The notes under the pieces were generated by a model, which worked only from the letters and a program-made list of their open reading frames with translations, made no database searches and had not been told where the DNA came from. The translations under genes were made by a program, and so were the position numbers. Shown in pieces: positions 61,746-64,000 of a stretch of DNA of 64,000 nt (positions are counted from its first letter, which is position 1; every line of letters begins with the position of its first letter). Source of the stretch: an uncultured delta proteobacterium (GTDB lineage: Bacteria; Desulfobacterota; RBG-13-43-22); NCBI GenBank assembly GCA_963790475.1, contig CAWBOS010000012.1, positions 864,001 to 928,000 of the forward strand. Reading direction: 5' to 3'.

Positions 61746-62355
61746 ACTTTTTCTCCTTTAGGTTTTTTTTAACAGGATGCCGTTTTTTCCCCCTACGATC
61801 CTTCTTTCTCTTTTCTCCCTCCAGATCTTTCAAGGCCTGATCGCACCAGTCGATGACCATCCGGGCCTGGCGTATGCCGAAATCAAGGGACAGGCTCCAG
61901 TAGATTGAATCCTCATAAAAACCGTCCTTGGCCGATTGACGCTGAATAACGGGCCTGACTTCCGTTTCATACTTTTCAAGTAAATCCAAGTAGTATTGAC
62001 GCCAGTTCTTCAGATGATTTTTAAAGCGCTCGGGAGGTAACCGGTTCCCGAAAAAGACCTTGACCAGCATCGGATATCGCGGTTCGGGTATTTCCGGTGG
62101 TTCGTCCAGCCAACGAAAGAGTTCTTCCCGCCCGTTTTCGGTAATCCGATAGACCTTGCGGCTTGGTTTTCCCTCCTGATGTTCAACGGTCGAAACGATC
62201 CACCCTTGTCTTTCCATCTGCTTGAGAGAGCGGTAGATATGGGGTAAGGCAGCGTTCCAGAAAAAATGGATGGATTTTTGAAAGGTAATTTTTAAGTCAT
62301 AACCGGTGGCCGGTTGATATTGGATCAAACCCAGGAGGGCATGAGGCAGCGACAT
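61723..62355 (-). CDS. PadR-family transcriptional regulator
   Basis: LLGL...PATGYDL, FFW.A...IY..L, RKVYRIT..G..EL..WL. Confidence 0.93.
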   Translation of the reverse strand: MSLPHALLGLIQYQPATGYDLKITFQKSIHFFWNAALPHIYRSLKQMERQGWIVSTVEHQEGKPSRKVYRITENGREELFRWLDEPPEIPEPRYPMLVKVFFGNRLPPERFKNHLKNWRQYYLDLLEKYETEVRPVIQRQSAKDGFYEDSIYWSLSLDFGIRQARMVIDWCDQALKDLEGEKRKKDRRGKKRHPVKKNLKEKKYGGRSVL

Positions 62356-62382
62356 AGCGATTTCCCTCTATAAAAAGTTTTA

Positions 62383-62427
62383 TATGAACTTAAGTATATA
62401 TATATCTTAGTTCATAAGTAGAGTCAA
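62383..62427 (-). promoter_or_regulatory. padR promoter with overlapping inverted repeat (probable operator)
   Basis: tatgaact...agttcata palindrome at 62383-62416; TTGACT -35 on minus strand at 62422-62427. Confidence 0.6.
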
Positions 62428-62735
62428 GCTTTTTTTAATAGGTCCCTTCTTAATGGTCCGGTAAATTTTAACGAATTCTATTTCCATGAAAAAAATTGGT
62501 AAAACCGGTTCGATCAGGTTAAGGTAAAATGAATAAATCGACGGGATTCTAAGCAGGCCGATTATTCCGGATAATAAATCTTGACTAAAGACCGGGAAAA
62601 ATGCTAATAACCATTTACCTTTATTGCAAATTAAATCCTCATGTCCTTGAGGGTCACCATACATGAAAATGGGTTTCGACGAACGCTCCTGCCCCTTGCA
62701 GGCGCGTAACGACGAACGGTATTTTCATACTAAAC

Positions 62736-62829
62736 GGAGAGATGCCCGAGCTGGCTGAAGGGGCACGACTGGAAATCGTGTGTACGCCCAAAAGGTGTAC
62801 CGAGGGTTCGAATCCCTCTCTCTCCGCCA
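62736..62829 (+). tRNA. tRNA-Ser(GGA)
   Basis: Acceptor GGAGAGA/TCTCTCC-GCCA, anticodon arm cacga-ctGGAaa-tcgtg, long variable arm, GGTTCGAATCC. Confidence 0.97.
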
Positions 62830-62917
62830 TTTCCACTTCCGATTTCGGATTGCCGATTGCGGATTGCGGAATAGGGATTGGTAATTAAAGCAGAAGACAT
62901 AAATAAGTACTCATAAT

Positions 62918-62985
62918 GTCATTCCGGCGAAAGCCGGAATCCAGAGTTTTGAATTCCCTGGATGCCGGATCAAGTCCGGGATGAC
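62918..62985. repeat. Palindromic repeat, family D core
   Basis: gtcattccggcgaaagccggaatccag...ctggatgccggatcaagtccgggatgac. Confidence 0.75.
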
Positions 62986-63076
62986 GTCACGGGGCATACC
63001 GTTGGGCATAAAAATTTATTTTGTTAACTACAATTATCTTCTTAGATAATCCTTTCACCTTGTACCTGTATTGAAT

Positions 63077-64000
63077 ATGTCCTATCTCGTCTTAGCCCGT
63101 AAATGCCGACCCCAGGTCTTTGAAGAAGTCCTGGGGCAGGACCATGTTACCCGGACCCTGCAAAACGCCATTAAGTCAGGACGGGTGGCCCATGCCTACC
63201 TGTTCAGCGGCCCCAGGGGAGTGGGCAAGACCACGGTGGCCCGGATCCTGGCCAAGGCCCTGAATTGCCAGGATGGCCCAACCCCGGTTCCTTGCAACCA
63301 GTGTACCTCCTGCCGGGAAATCACCCAGGGGATCAGTCTGGACGTTCAGGAGATCGACGGGGCCTCCAACCGCGGGATTGACGACATCCGGGAATTGCGG
63401 GAGAGCATAAAATACCTTCCCAACCATGGCCGTTACAAGATTTATATCATCGATGAAGTCCACATGCTGACCGGCGAGGCCTTCAATGCCTTGCTCAAGA
63501 CACTGGAGGAACCTCCCAAACACGCCCTTTTTATGTTTGCCACTACCGAACTCAACAAGGTCCCCTTGACCATCTATTCCCGCTGCCAGTCTTTTAATTT
63601 CCGGCGGGTTTCCCTGGATGCCATTGTTACCTATTTGAAATCCCTGGCTCAGGCCGAAAAGGTGGCCATTGAAGAAGGCGCCTTGCGATTGATCGCCCGT
63701 CAGTCCGAAGGGAGTGTCCGGGACTCCTTAAGCCTGTTGGATCAAATCCTTTCCTTTTCCATGGACCAAATTACCGAGGTTCAGGTTCAGGAAATCCTCG
63801 GTTTCGTTGATCGAAGGATTATCTATGAGGTCGGGTGGGCTATACTGGAGAACCAGGTTAAAAGACTATTGGAATTGATAGGAGAAGTCTACGAGTTCGG
63901 CTATGACCTGAAACAATTTTTGAAGGACCTGATCGATCATTTTAGAAGCCTGCTATTGATTAAGATGGGGCATGACCGGGGACCTCTATTGGATATCCCC
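63077..64000 (+). CDS. dnaX: DNA polymerase III subunit gamma/tau (runs off window)
   Basis: MSYLVLARK.RP..F.EV.GQ, GPRGVGKTT, EIDGASN, IIDEVHML, FNALLKTLEEPP, SRCQ; absent from the ORF track because the stop is outside the window. Confidence 0.97.
   Translation, partial: MSYLVLARKCRPQVFEEVLGQDHVTRTLQNAIKSGRVAHAYLFSGPRGVGKTTVARILAKALNCQDGPTPVPCNQCTSCREITQGISLDVQEIDGASNRGIDDIRELRESIKYLPNHGRYKIYIIDEVHMLTGEAFNALLKTLEEPPKHALFMFATTELNKVPLTIYSRCQSFNFRRVSLDAIVTYLKSLAQAEKVAIEEGALRLIARQSEGSVRDSLSLLDQILSFSMDQITEVQVQEILGFVDRRIIYEVGWAILENQVKRLLELIGEVYEFGYDLKQFLKDLIDHFRSLLLIKMGHDRGPLLDIP

Noticed and set aside
62780-62829. tRNA-Ser as the integration site of the upstream islands
   Set aside because: No duplicate of its 3' end and no integrase seen in the window.
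62830-63076. SRP RNA (ffs), often found upstream of dnaX
   Set aside because: No tcagg..ggaa..agcagc core is visible.
1-64000. CRISPR array or rRNA
   Set aside because: No regularly spaced repeats and no rRNA signatures seen.

Overview
Chromosomal segment of an anaerobic, probably Desulfobacterota/deltaproteobacterial genome (inferred from gene content and intergenic palindromic repeats), ending at tRNA-Ser(GGA) and dnaX. 1-6.2 kb is a decayed defence/mobile island: 3' end of a type I hsdR with a Cys-rich tandem repeat, a UDG-like ORF, two integron gene cassettes with attC sites but no integrase in the window (HEPN-like and PD-(D/E)XK-like ORFs; the first hit by an IS1380 element), and a phage lysis remnant fused to a truncated solute-binding protein gene. 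Then come acyl-CoA metabolism genes, a two-component pair, a darA-darB dialkylresorcinol module, an acetoin-dehydrogenase-type operon, an uncharacterised trio of exported proteins (two FGE-like, one NAGPA-like), ABC exporters, a second defence island (ImmA/IrrE remnant, ORF6N, type III R-M mod-yhcG-res), and several pseudogenes. Unexplained non-coding signals include a four-copy RBS/mini-ORF/terminator leader element, mostly in front of defence-island genes, and a ~118-bp diverged direct repeat. All family calls come from motif recognition by eye; no searches were run.
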